Source: Nitrospinaceae bacterium
GTDB taxonomy: Bacteria; Nitrospinota; Nitrospinia; Nitrospinales; Nitrospinaceae
DNA: 64,000 bases
Direction of reading: 5' to 3'
Assembly: GCA_965223665.1 (NCBI GenBank)
Contig: OZ245011.1
Coordinates: forward strand, 1-64,000
The notes under the pieces were generated by a model. The model was given only the letters and a program-made list of their open reading frames with translations. It ran no database searches and had not been told where the DNA came from. This document shows positions 18,257-27,777 of this stretch, in pieces (positions within the stretch are counted from its first letter, which is position 1; every line of letters begins with the position of its first letter). A program made the position numbers and the translations under genes.

Positions 18257-19900
18257 TTGACTGTTACACCCTTTAGAGTTTTCCTTCTTCTTATTTCTTG
18301 TAATTTGTTTGTGTTCGGTCAAGTTGTATGGTTTGAGTTTGTAAACTTTGACGATCATTTCTATATCGATAATGTCCATGTCAAGAGAGGGCTAACTTGG
18401 GATGGCATTATTTGGGCATTTTCAAAGCAAAATTTTGCTCAATTTTTGAACTGGATTTCCCACATGTTTGATGTGGAAATGTTTGGCCTTAACCCCATGG
18501 GCCACCATATTGTAAGTCTGGGCATCCATATTTTTAATACCTTCCTTTTTTATCTTTTTTTGAACAGATTAACTGGATGCCAGGTAAAAAGTGTTTTGGC
18601 GGCTATACTTTTTGCAATTCATCCTTTGCGAGCAGAAACTGTCGCTTGGATATCAGACAGAAAAGACCTTTTGGCAATGCTATTTTCATTGTTAAGTTTA
18701 GAAGCTTATAGAAAATATATTCAAAGTTCTAATTTCCAAAGTTTTTTGTGGGTAACATTTTGGTTTTTACTAGCGCTCTTGTCGAAGCCAGTGATGGTTA
18801 TCCTTCCAGCCGTATTTTTATTGATAGATTATTGGCCGTTAAAGCGTTTTTTAAATAAAGATCAATTCAAGAGTAGCTCAAATTTTGCTTTTTATGGATT
18901 ATTAAAAGAAAAGATTTTTTGGTTTTTAATTTCGGCTATTTTCTGCTGGGTAGGATATGAAAATATGGCTTTCCGCGACTATATTGTTGTTAATTCTCAA
19001 AACCCGGTCCTAGTCCGTTTGGCCATGGCACCTGTTCTTTATTTGAAATATTTATGCAATATTTTTTGGCCCTTCAAGCTTTCAATGTACTATCCAATGA
19101 AAACAGAAATGCCCGAAGTTTTAAGTTGGATGGGATCTTTCCTTTTTTTAGGTGGAATTTCTTGGTGGTTTTGGAAAAAAAGATTTTTAGAACCCTATCT
19201 AATAACAGGCTGGTTTTGGTTTTTGGGAGCGTTGTTTCCTTTAGTAGGGATTGTGAAAGCCGGTAAACATGATTTGGCAGATCGTTATACTTATTTTCCC
19301 CTTATAGGTTTAATCATTTTGGTAGTATGGGGATTGACCAATTGGTTTGATAGAAAGGGAATTGGGAAATCTTTAAAAGCTGGATTTGCTGTTAGTGCTT
19401 TAATGTCTATCATGGTTATTTCCTGGAACCAAACAAGTGTGTGGAAGAATAGCTTTACTCTATTTCAAAGAAATATTGAAATAAATGATGGAAATTACAT
19501 TGCTCATAATAATTTAGCGCTTTTATTTATGGATGAAAAAAAATTTCCCCAAGCAGTTCATCATTTAGAAAGGGCTATTGATTATTGTGACTGTATTGAA
19601 TCCTGGTTAAATTTGGGGGAAGTTTATCAGCGGATGAAACAAAATGATTTAGCGATTTCAGCATATAAGGATTTGTTGAATACGGACCCAAAAAATGGAA
19701 TTGCGCATTTTGAATTAGGAAAACTTTACCAAAATATTGGAGAAAACCAACTTGCTATTTTTCATTCAATGGAAGCAGAACAGATTTTCTTAAAAGTTTT
19801 GGGCTCTGAGTTCTGGAGAGTTGTTGAAGCTCAAAAAAGAATCACTCAATTAAATATGAGTCAAAAGAATTTGTCAAATAATGACGAGTTGATTAATTGA
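18257..19900 (+). CDS. TMTC-like GT-C glycosyltransferase with C-terminal TPRs (copy 2)
   Basis: Same motifs (FVNFDD, FAIHPLRAETVAWISDRKDLL, ADRYTYFP); tandem paralog of 16487-18154. Confidence 0.82.
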   Translation: MTVTPFRVFLLLISCNLFVFGQVVWFEFVNFDDHFYIDNVHVKRGLTWDGIIWAFSKQNFAQFLNWISHMFDVEMFGLNPMGHHIVSLGIHIFNTFLFYLFLNRLTGCQVKSVLAAILFAIHPLRAETVAWISDRKDLLAMLFSLLSLEAYRKYIQSSNFQSFLWVTFWFLLALLSKPVMVILPAVFLLIDYWPLKRFLNKDQFKSSSNFAFYGLLKEKIFWFLISAIFCWVGYENMAFRDYIVVNSQNPVLVRLAMAPVLYLKYLCNIFWPFKLSMYYPMKTEMPEVLSWMGSFLFLGGISWWFWKKRFLEPYLITGWFWFLGALFPLVGIVKAGKHDLADRYTYFPLIGLIILVVWGLTNWFDRKGIGKSLKAGFAVSALMSIMVISWNQTSVWKNSFTLFQRNIEINDGNYIAHNNLALLFMDEKKFPQAVHHLERAIDYCDCIESWLNLGEVYQRMKQNDLAISAYKDLLNTDPKNGIAHFELGKLYQNIGENQLAIFHSMEAEQIFLKVLGSEFWRVVEAQKRITQLNMSQKNLSNNDELIN

Positions 19901-19982
19901 TCATTTAGCAAAAACCTTCCTTGTTTCCGGCTAATGTTTTCATTATGATTGGTCGTTTATTAATATATTTTGTTAATTTAGT

Positions 19983-21674
19983 TTGATTATGAATTCTAAC
20001 TCTAATGCCGACCTCGCGCCTTCCCATTTTATAAAAAAAATTATTGAGGAAGACAACAAATCAGGAAAATTTGACCAACGAGTGCACACTCGATTTCCGC
20101 CTGAGCCAAATGGATTCTTACATATTGGTCATGCAAAATCCATTTGTCTCAATTTTGGAATGTCACAGGATTATTCTGGCCAATGTAATTTGAGATTCGA
20201 TGACACTAACCCGGCAAAGGAAGAACAACTTTTTATTGATGCAATTAAAGAAGACGTTCGGTGGCTAGGTTTTGATTGGGATAATAGAGAGTATTATGCT
20301 TCTGATTATTTTGATCAACTTTACCAATGGGCTGTTCAATTAATTCGAGATGGAAAAGCCTATGTGGATGATCAAACTGCTGATGATATTCGAAAAAGCA
20401 GAGGAACTTTAAAGGAACCTGGAAAAGAAAGTCCTTTTCGTGACCGCTCCATATCAGAAAACCTTGACTTGTTTGAAAGAATGAAAGCAGGTGAGTTTAA
20501 TGAAGGGGGCAAAGTTCTTCGTGCAAAAATTGATATGTCTTCTGGAAACCTTAATCTGAGGGACCCGGTAATTTATCGCATCCTGAAAGCCGAGCATCCA
20601 CGAACAGGTAATAAATGGTGCATTTACCCCATGTATGATTGGGCTCATGGGCAATCAGATTCAATTGAAAAAATTACCCATTCGTTATGCACCTTGGAAT
20701 TTGAAGACCATCGACCCTTATATGATTGGTATTTGGATCAACTTGGGGCTTATCATCCACAGCAGATTGAATTTGCCCGGCTCAATTTGACTTATACCGT
20801 TTTGAGTAAACGTAAACTGTTACAATTGGTCCAGGAAAAATTTGTTAATGGTTGGGATGATCCACGTATGCCAACCATCTCAGGATTTCGACGTCGAGGT
20901 TACACTCCCTCAGCTATTCGTGAATTTTGTGATCGAATAGGGGTGGCAAAGGCGAATAGTACGGTAGACTTAGCGTTACTGGAATTTTGTATAAGAGAGG
21001 AACTCAATAAAACAGCCCCACGGGTAATGGCTGTTTTAAATCCTTTAAAGGTTGTACTTACGAATTTTCCTGAAGGGCAGATTGAGGAACTGGAAGCAGA
21101 AAATAATCCCGAAGACCCAACCGCAGGTTTTCGAAAGATCCCTTTTTCACGAGAAATCTTTATTGAAAGAAGCGATTTTATGGAAGACCCTCCTAAAAAA
21201 TTTTTCCGTTTAGGGCTTGGGCGCGAGGTTCGTCTAAAACATGCATACATTATAAAATGTGAAGAAGTTATTAAAAATGATCAGGGAGATGTAATTGAGT
21301 TACGTTGCACATATGATCCCGAAACCAGAAGTGGACAAGCCCCGGCAGGAAGAAAAGTCAAGGGTACCTTGCATTGGGTTTCATCACAGCATGCATTTAA
21401 TGCTGAAGTGCGATTATATGATCATCTGTTTAAGGAAATTGAACCGGATAAAATTGAAATACCGGGCAGCTTGAACCCGGATTCTTTGGAAATACTTACA
21501 GATTGCAAACTGGAACCAGGTTTAAAAGAAGCTCAACCTGGAGATCGATTTCAATTTCTACGAATGGGTTATTTTTGTGTGGATACAGAGGACAGCCAAC
21601 CTGGGTTGCCCTGCTTCAATCGTACCACAACTCTTCGCGATACCTGGGCAAAAATCCAAGATAAAAATAAGTAG
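19983..21674 (+). CDS. glnS: glutamine--tRNA ligase
   Basis: [50 protein letters not shown] and FQFLRMGYF motifs. Confidence 0.97.
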   Translation: MIMNSNSNADLAPSHFIKKIIEEDNKSGKFDQRVHTRFPPEPNGFLHIGHAKSICLNFGMSQDYSGQCNLRFDDTNPAKEEQLFIDAIKEDVRWLGFDWDNREYYASDYFDQLYQWAVQLIRDGKAYVDDQTADDIRKSRGTLKEPGKESPFRDRSISENLDLFERMKAGEFNEGGKVLRAKIDMSSGNLNLRDPVIYRILKAEHPRTGNKWCIYPMYDWAHGQSDSIEKITHSLCTLEFEDHRPLYDWYLDQLGAYHPQQIEFARLNLTYTVLSKRKLLQLVQEKFVNGWDDPRMPTISGFRRRGYTPSAIREFCDRIGVAKANSTVDLALLEFCIREELNKTAPRVMAVLNPLKVVLTNFPEGQIEELEAENNPEDPTAGFRKIPFSREIFIERSDFMEDPPKKFFRLGLGREVRLKHAYIIKCEEVIKNDQGDVIELRCTYDPETRSGQAPAGRKVKGTLHWVSSQHAFNAEVRLYDHLFKEIEPDKIEIPGSLNPDSLEILTDCKLEPGLKEAQPGDRFQFLRMGYFCVDTEDSQPGLPCFNRTTTLRDTWAKIQDKNK

Positions 21675-21676
21675 TT

Positions 21677-23095
21677 TCAGTCTGGTATTAACTGAATTGC
21701 ATTTTTTAGTCGTTCAATAGTTTTTTCTTTTCCTAATAATTCCACTACTTCATAAATTCCGGGACTAGTAGTTTTGCCTGTCAGAGCGACCCGAACGGGT
21801 TGTGCCAATTTGCCCAATTTGATTCCTGCTTCTTCTATAATTCCTTTAAAAAGCTTTTCGAGATCCTCATGAGTTATGGGTTCAGATAAAGCATTTAAGC
21901 CAGTAACAAGATTTTTAAAAAGGGGTCTTGCTTCAGGTTTTAAAAATTTATCTTTAGCCTTAAAATCAAAAATAATATCATCCTTAAAATAAAACTCACT
22001 GCCTTGTGCCATTTCCACCAGGGTTTTGCTCCGTTTTTGTAGAGCTGGAATAATTTTCAAAATGTCTTCATCCGTTTTTTGGTGATTCTCAGACAAAATA
22101 CTCTCTTGGATTAAAATTGGCTTAAAATGGGGTAGTAGTTCTTGGGGAGTGAATTTTTGAATCCATTGTTCGTTAACCCATAATAACTTTTCCGGATTGA
22201 ATACTGCTGCGGAGATAGTTACATTTTCCAAAGAAAAATTTTGAATCATTTCTTCTATAGTAAAAAGCTCCTGGTCTCCATGAGACCAGCCCAACCTTGC
22301 TAAGTAATTTATCAGCGCATGAGGTAAAAATCCTTGTTTCTTGTACTCCAAAGTCGAAGTAGCGCCATGGCGTTTGCTCAAACGAGTTTTATCGGACCCT
22401 AATATCATGGAAATATGAGCAAACTGAGGTTGGGTGATTCCTAAAGCCTGATATAAAATCACTTGCTTGGGTGTATTTGATAAATGGTCATCCCCGCGAA
22501 TGACATGAGACATTTGCATTTCAGCGTCATCCACAACAACTACAAAATTATAAGTAGGTGTTCCATCGGATCGTTGCAAGATAAAATCATCGAGTTCATT
22601 TACATCAAAGGATATTTTTCCTCGTAAAATATCGTTAAAGTCAATAGAACCCTCTAATGGCGCCTTTATTCGCACTACATGGGGTATATCGTCAGGGTTA
22701 TCGGTTCGATTGCGGCAAGTTCTGTCATATTTTGGCTTGAGGCCTTTTTCTTGTGCTGTTTTGCGCTTAGCATCCAGTTCTTGAGTAGTACAATAACATT
22801 TGTAAGCCTTTCCGGTTTCTAACAGAGCTGCGATTTTCTTTTTGTAAATATCTTGGCGCTCCATCTGTCGAAAGGGACCTTCATCAAACTCCAAACCCAA
22901 CCAACGCATGGATTTCAATATCTCTTCAATGGATTCATCAGTGGATCGAGATAGATCTGTATCCTCGATTCGCAGAATGAATTTCCCTTTGTGATGTTTA
23001 GCGTAAAGCCAATTAAATAGGGCGGTGCGAACTCCGCCAATATGTAAAAACCCCGTTGGGCTGGGGGCAAAGCGAACCCTTACTGTGTCACTCAT
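21677..23095 (-). CDS. gltX: glutamate--tRNA ligase
   Basis: RFAPSPTGFLHIGG, LRIEDTD, CYC, VIRGDDH and LSKRHGA motifs. Confidence 0.97.
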   Translation of the reverse strand: MSDTVRVRFAPSPTGFLHIGGVRTALFNWLYAKHHKGKFILRIEDTDLSRSTDESIEEILKSMRWLGLEFDEGPFRQMERQDIYKKKIAALLETGKAYKCYCTTQELDAKRKTAQEKGLKPKYDRTCRNRTDNPDDIPHVVRIKAPLEGSIDFNDILRGKISFDVNELDDFILQRSDGTPTYNFVVVVDDAEMQMSHVIRGDDHLSNTPKQVILYQALGITQPQFAHISMILGSDKTRLSKRHGATSTLEYKKQGFLPHALINYLARLGWSHGDQELFTIEEMIQNFSLENVTISAAVFNPEKLLWVNEQWIQKFTPQELLPHFKPILIQESILSENHQKTDEDILKIIPALQKRSKTLVEMAQGSEFYFKDDIIFDFKAKDKFLKPEARPLFKNLVTGLNALSEPITHEDLEKLFKGIIEEAGIKLGKLAQPVRVALTGKTTSPGIYEVVELLGKEKTIERLKNAIQLIPD

Positions 23096-23191
23096 ATCTT
23101 CCTCTTAAAATGAAACCAACGAGCGATAGATTACCAGATTCTTATAAAATTAGTAAGAAAAGAGAACAGGGTTGGAATGGGATTCAAGGAC

Positions 23192-23228
23192 AAAAAAATA
23201 CAGCCGACAGGGGAAGTGTCGGCTGTAT
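23192..23228 (-). terminator. rho-independent terminator after the 148-aa secreted protein
   Basis: 12-bp perfect stem ATACAGCCGACA / TGTCGGCTGTAT, 7-nt loop, T-run on the minus strand. Confidence 0.85.
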
Positions 23229-23290
23229 CTGGGTAAGGGAGTCTCTAAATACCTTGAGCTTGTGGAACGGGTATCCAGTACTCCAATAAA

Positions 23291-23737
23291 TTAATTACAG
23301 GTAACCGTTACAGGATTGGTTCCGGTGTTGGTGAATTTAACGGTACCAGCAATGTCACCAATAGAATCTCCACGGCTGAAAGCATTTTGTCGTGTTAAAA
23401 CAACTTTGCTTGCACCCATGCTGCCTTTTCGATCCAAACCAGTTTTACCATGGTCACTGCCATTGACTGAACGATTGTCATCGTTTGGTCCTAAAGTCAA
23501 AGGTACTGTAGTAGCATTTGAAGATTTCCAAACTACCAAGTTAGCTGTTCCACGATCATTTGTGGTATAGCCAAAGTCTTGGTCGTTAGCTTTATTAGCA
23601 ATTTTAGCTACTTCAATGGTAATAGAATTAGCATCTTGACATGTAGCTGATTGGCCATTATTGATTTGCTGAGCCATAGCTGAGGTACCCAAGCTTACTA
23701 CCAACAAAGCAGCAGCCAAAGCGATTGTCTTTTTCAT
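23291..23737 (-). CDS. secreted hypothetical protein (Asn/Thr/Gly-rich, terminal Cys pair)
   Basis: Signal peptide MKKTIALAAALLVVSLGTSAMA; AAGGAG RBS; only two Cys, near the mature N- and C-termini. Confidence 0.85.
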   Translation of the reverse strand: MKKTIALAAALLVVSLGTSAMAQQINNGQSATCQDANSITIEVAKIANKANDQDFGYTTNDRGTANLVVWKSSNATTVPLTLGPNDDNRSVNGSDHGKTGLDRKGSMGASKVVLTRQNAFSRGDSIGDIAGTVKFTNTGTNPVTVTCN

Positions 23738-23811
23738 TCCCAGACTCCTTTCAAATTGTATGGATAAATGATTCCCTAAATAAACCTGCTCCCAAATCGA
23801 ACAAAAGATTT

Positions 23812-24270
23812 TTACGCAGTTTGGAGCTTAACCACGTGGATTTCTAAGCATCTTGGATTAGCAGATTGTGAGTCCGTTTTTAGGGAGTAACAAACGCTAT
23901 ACATTCCCTTTTTTGGAAACTCCAACCCTATTGTTTGCCCTGGCAAAAATGATTCAATATTTACCATTCTCTTTCCCGTATCAGTTTTTTGGATACTTGT
24001 ACCGATTAAGGTTTCAGTGAAATTGTTTTTTAATTGAATCGTAGTATCTGTTGGAACGGTAACGAAAGGAAAATGAGCTTCTCCAGTTTCTAATACAATG
24101 GTCCTAACCAAAGGATTTGCTGAAATAGGTAACCAACTAACCAGAATAAATAAGGCTACGCTTATTAATACAGCACATTTTTTTGTTCGAACGGCGAAAC
24201 CTTTGGAAGAACGAGAAAATAAAAACACAAATTCCTTTATTTGATAGAAAATTAAAAAACAAAACCCCAA
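23812..24270 (-). CDS. secreted hypothetical protein, cupredoxin-like strand pattern
   Basis: Hydrophobic signal, then VTVP..TTIQLKN...FLPGQT..LEFPKKGMYSVCY...EIHV. Start is uncertain. Confidence 0.6.
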   Translation of the reverse strand: MGFCFLIFYQIKEFVFLFSRSSKGFAVRTKKCAVLISVALFILVSWLPISANPLVRTIVLETGEAHFPFVTVPTDTTIQLKNNFTETLIGTSIQKTDTGKRMVNIESFLPGQTIGLEFPKKGMYSVCYSLKTDSQSANPRCLEIHVVKLQTA

Positions 24271-24345
24271 AACGTAATTAAGGGCAATGGCGGAGATTGT
24301 AATGAAAATAAACCCTTGGTGGTATCGGCCTAAACCCTATTCTTA

Positions 24346-24363
24346 TGTAGGAAAACACCTATA
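24346..24363. promoter_or_regulatory. palindromic operator TGTAGG-N6-CCTATA (GacA/UvrY-box-like)
   Basis: Imperfect inverted repeat between the response regulator and the secreted-protein genes; resembles the TGTAAG-N6-CTTACA GacA site. Confidence 0.45.
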
Positions 24364-24413
24364 ATAAAATTAGGATAAAAGGAGGGGGTGTGTAGTCTTT
24401 GGCATTAGGTGAG

Positions 24414-25061
24414 TCAAATAATTTGATTTTGAATTGCGTAGTGAATCAATTCTGCATTTTTTCTCATCAGCATTTTATCTAATATGCGGCTGCGGTGAGT
24501 ACTAATTGTCTTGACGCTTAAGGAAAGTTCTTCGGCAATCTCTGTTAAAGACTTCCCGGAAGCAATCATGGAAAACACTTGAAATTCTCGATCGGATAAT
24601 TTTTCATGGAGTGGTTTGTCCTGATCTAAATAGTCAAATGCCAATTTTTCGGTTATCGTCGGACTTGCGTATTTCCCACCTCGAGCAACTTTTCTCACTA
24701 CATCTAATAGCAGGTCGATTGGACTTTCTTTTGTAATGTAACCCGAGGCTCCTGCTTTGATAAAACGAGCAGCATATTGGTTCTCAGGATGAACACTTAA
24801 TATTAATATTGGGGTTTTCGGGAATTGAGAACGGAGTTGTTTTAATAATTCTAATCCGTTTTTCCCGGGCATTGAAATATCTAAAATTAATAAACTTATA
24901 TCTGAAATAGAGGCTTTTTCTAATACTTCCTCCCCATTTGACGCTTCCTCTACTACTTCCAAATCTGGTGTAGAGGTTAAAGCTTGCTTTAAGCCGCTTC
25001 GAAATAGAGGGTGATCGTCAGCAATTAAGATTCGAATTTTGGATTTGATTTCAGCTAGCAA
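24414..25061 (-). CDS. NarL/LuxR (UvrY/GacA-like) response regulator
   Basis: ILIADDH, LDISMPG, GASGYITK receiver motifs; LSDREFQV...LSVKTISTHRSRI HTH. Confidence 0.92.
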   Translation of the reverse strand: MLAEIKSKIRILIADDHPLFRSGLKQALTSTPDLEVVEEASNGEEVLEKASISDISLLILDISMPGKNGLELLKQLRSQFPKTPILILSVHPENQYAARFIKAGASGYITKESPIDLLLDVVRKVARGGKYASPTITEKLAFDYLDQDKPLHEKLSDREFQVFSMIASGKSLTEIAEELSLSVKTISTHRSRILDKMLMRKNAELIHYAIQNQII

Positions 25062-25063
25062 TG

Positions 25064-27058
25064 TTAACTCCTATTAATTTTAATGTTTACCGTCGTTCCA
25101 TTGTTGGGTTCCCCAAGAATATCAACCGTTCCGCCCCAAACACTTGCTCGTTCGCGCATTCCCAGGAGGCCTAATGATTTTCCATTGGAAATGTTTTCAA
25201 TTGGGATACCTATACCATCATCCTTTACGATTAAATTTATTGTATCCTCTTTTTGGTTTAAAAACACATCTAAATTTTTGGCTTTAGAGTGACGAACTAC
25301 ATTTGTTAGGGTTTCCTGAAAAATTCTAAAAATAGTTGTTGATCGATCATTGTCCAAATGAAAATCTTCATCATCAAAATAAATGTTGCACTCTATGCCA
25401 GTCTTTTTTTCAAATTCACTTCCTTGCCACTGTATAGCTTCCCGTAGACCTAAGTCATCCAGCATGGGCGGTCTAAGGTCAAGAATTAATTTTTTGACTG
25501 AGGGGATAGTTTGGTCAATTAGGTTTAGAATTCTATTGGTATCGTTTCGAAGGGAAGGGATTTCAACTTCTAACTTTTTACTTAACAGGGATAAATCTAA
25601 TTTTAAGGTGGTTAGTACTTGGGCCAATTCATCATGAATTTCCCGGGCAATACGAGTGCGTTCTTCTTCCCGGACATTTTCTAATCTATGATATAAGTTT
25701 CTTAATTGTTGCCTGGATCGAAAGGTTTCTTCCTCAGCAATCTTTTTCTGTGTTGCCATACTTAGTAAATGAGCGATACCTTCTAATAGATTTTGCTCCT
25801 CTTCGGTGAATAGTTTCACATCATTGTTTGCCAAGGGACCTGAGTAAAATGCCTCCAGTTTTCCAGAGTGTTGTTCGTTTATTATTAAGGGAGCTTCAAG
25901 TTTGCTTTTGGAATCCTTAAAACCCGGAGAAATAAAAAAATCGTCATCAAAAGTAATTTTAATATGGGTGTGATTAGGGTAATGAAATGCTTTAATAACA
26001 TGTGTTTCCAGGTTGCGGAATACATCATGAATCGTAGTGCTATTTGCGATTAGGTTTGCAACGTTATAAAAACAGGTTAATTCATTTACTTTTTGTTTTA
26101 AATTCTGTAGTAGCTGAGATTGCTCCTTTTCTGCCCTTTGTCTCTCAAGGACTCTACCAAGCTGGGCGCCCACATGGCCCATAATTTCCAGCATTTCATT
26201 TTTCGGTTCTGCGGCTTCTGTAGAAAAAAACTCCATGACCCCAGCCACTTCGCTTCCAATCAGAATGGGAAATGCAAACCCCGCTTTTACTCCCAGGTTT
26301 TGTGCCTGTTGAGCTCTTGGGAAATTAGGGTCTTGGGTTACGTCGATGATCCAAGCGGGTTTTCCCTGTTCTAATACTCGTCCAGGAAGTCCTATTCCTG
26401 GAGTAAATGCAGTGGCTTCTGAAATTACTCGGAATCTTTCAAATTGATGATGATCTTCTAAATACCATATTGTCGAAGAAACGATGTTAAAATTTTCTAC
26501 CAAATATAAATGTCCGACTGGCCATTGCGCATGATCACAAATACGTTTTAAGCAATATTTTAAAGTGTCTTCAATAGCTCTATTTTCATTTGAGGCTACG
26601 GCAATATCTTTGTGAAGCTGAACATAAGCGGTTTCTTGTTTTAAAAGCTCGTTAGTTTTGTTTAATTGATCAGAATGATTTTGAAATAATTTGTCTATTT
26701 CCCGATTCCTTTTAGAAAAATTAAGTTTTACTTTGTTTCTAAACAAACAAAAATAGGAACTAAAAACTAAAATAAAAAGGGAAATTAATGAACTGTTAAT
26801 AAATTGGTAATTTATTTCAGAAGGATAATAAAGAAAATATGAAATCCCAATAAAAGAAATTCCTAAAATAGTACTTATAAAAATAAGAATTCGGTTGTTG
26901 GCTATTGCTCCTATAAAAATTAATAATATACAAAGAGAAGCTCCTGTAAATTTTATAGGTAATAGGAGATTAACCACAGAGACAAAAATTGCTGCTGCAA
27001 CCCAAATAAAAATGTAAAGCTTGAAATTGGATTGATTTTGTTTTGTAGAAAGATTCAT
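25064..27058 (-). CDS. membrane-bound GAF-domain sensor histidine kinase (HisKA_3, NarX/UhpB class)
   Basis: About four N-terminal TM helices; GAF (GIGLPGRV...WI.DV..DPNFPR); EERTRIAREIHDELAQ, QETLTNVVRHS, DDGIG and LGLLGMRER motifs. Confidence 0.92.
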   Translation of the reverse strand: MNLSTKQNQSNFKLYIFIWVAAAIFVSVVNLLLPIKFTGASLCILLIFIGAIANNRILIFISTILGISFIGISYFLYYPSEINYQFINSSLISLFILVFSSYFCLFRNKVKLNFSKRNREIDKLFQNHSDQLNKTNELLKQETAYVQLHKDIAVASNENRAIEDTLKYCLKRICDHAQWPVGHLYLVENFNIVSSTIWYLEDHHQFERFRVISEATAFTPGIGLPGRVLEQGKPAWIIDVTQDPNFPRAQQAQNLGVKAGFAFPILIGSEVAGVMEFFSTEAAEPKNEMLEIMGHVGAQLGRVLERQRAEKEQSQLLQNLKQKVNELTCFYNVANLIANSTTIHDVFRNLETHVIKAFHYPNHTHIKITFDDDFFISPGFKDSKSKLEAPLIINEQHSGKLEAFYSGPLANNDVKLFTEEEQNLLEGIAHLLSMATQKKIAEEETFRSRQQLRNLYHRLENVREEERTRIAREIHDELAQVLTTLKLDLSLLSKKLEVEIPSLRNDTNRILNLIDQTIPSVKKLILDLRPPMLDDLGLREAIQWQGSEFEKKTGIECNIYFDDEDFHLDNDRSTTIFRIFQETLTNVVRHSKAKNLDVFLNQKEDTINLIVKDDGIGIPIENISNGKSLGLLGMRERASVWGGTVDILGEPNNGTTVNIKINRS

Positions 27059-27260
27059 GATTGCGCATTTAAAAAATAAAGCCGAATATTATACACGAGG
27101 AAAGAGATAATTTTGAGTTTAGAGAGGGTTATTCTATTAATAAATCAAGGTAATATTATTTAAATTCCGAATTCACAAGGAATTTGGAACAATAAAGCGA
27201 ATTTATCCCCTGTCTTTAGAATGATATAATTTGAGTGTAAAAATTTGAAGGAGACAGGTT

Positions 27261-27752
27261 ATGATCAGAGTAAAAATAGCAATATTTTTAATATTGATAA
27301 TGGCTAATTTTGTATTTGCTGAAGAGCAAAGAGGTGCGCTTATTTTAAATAAAGAACCGATTTATGAATTTGAAGATGACAGGAAAAATGTCTGTATTTC
27401 GTTGTACGATGTTAAGGCAGATAAAGATGTAGCAGATATGAGAGATTACAGAGACTTTTTTTGTCAGGGTAGATATACAGTTATTTTGAGAGGAGATTCT
27501 GGCCGAACAGTAACATTATTTGATCGATTTAATTTTGAAAGTGATAGTGGGTTTTTGATTCTTATCAAAAAGGATAATAAGAAAATTTGGGTAAACGATA
27601 TTGAATTAATACCATCGGGAAAATGGGTAAATATTAAAGGGAATGGGCAATACGGAGACTTTGAAGCTTTTTACCAGGCATCTCCTCAATTTAGTCAAAG
27701 AATTTCATCTGTTAAGTGGGGGAAATGGTGGAGCGGACCCTTACCCAATTAA
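27261..27752 (+). CDS. secreted hypothetical protein, possible divergent beta/gamma-crystallin-like domain
   Basis: AAGGAG RBS; signal peptide; GRTVTLFDRFNF and FSQRISSVKW motifs. Confidence 0.6.
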   Translation: MIRVKIAIFLILIMANFVFAEEQRGALILNKEPIYEFEDDRKNVCISLYDVKADKDVADMRDYRDFFCQGRYTVILRGDSGRTVTLFDRFNFESDSGFLILIKKDNKKIWVNDIELIPSGKWVNIKGNGQYGDFEAFYQASPQFSQRISSVKWGKWWSGPLPN

Positions 27753-27777
27753 AAATAAAAATTGGTTTGAACATTCG

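Noticed and set aside
27643-27777. N-terminal extension of the radical SAM ORF overlapping the upstream gene, as a possible frameshift fusion
   Set aside because: The upstream gene ends normally and family-like sequence begins at the ATG at 27778.
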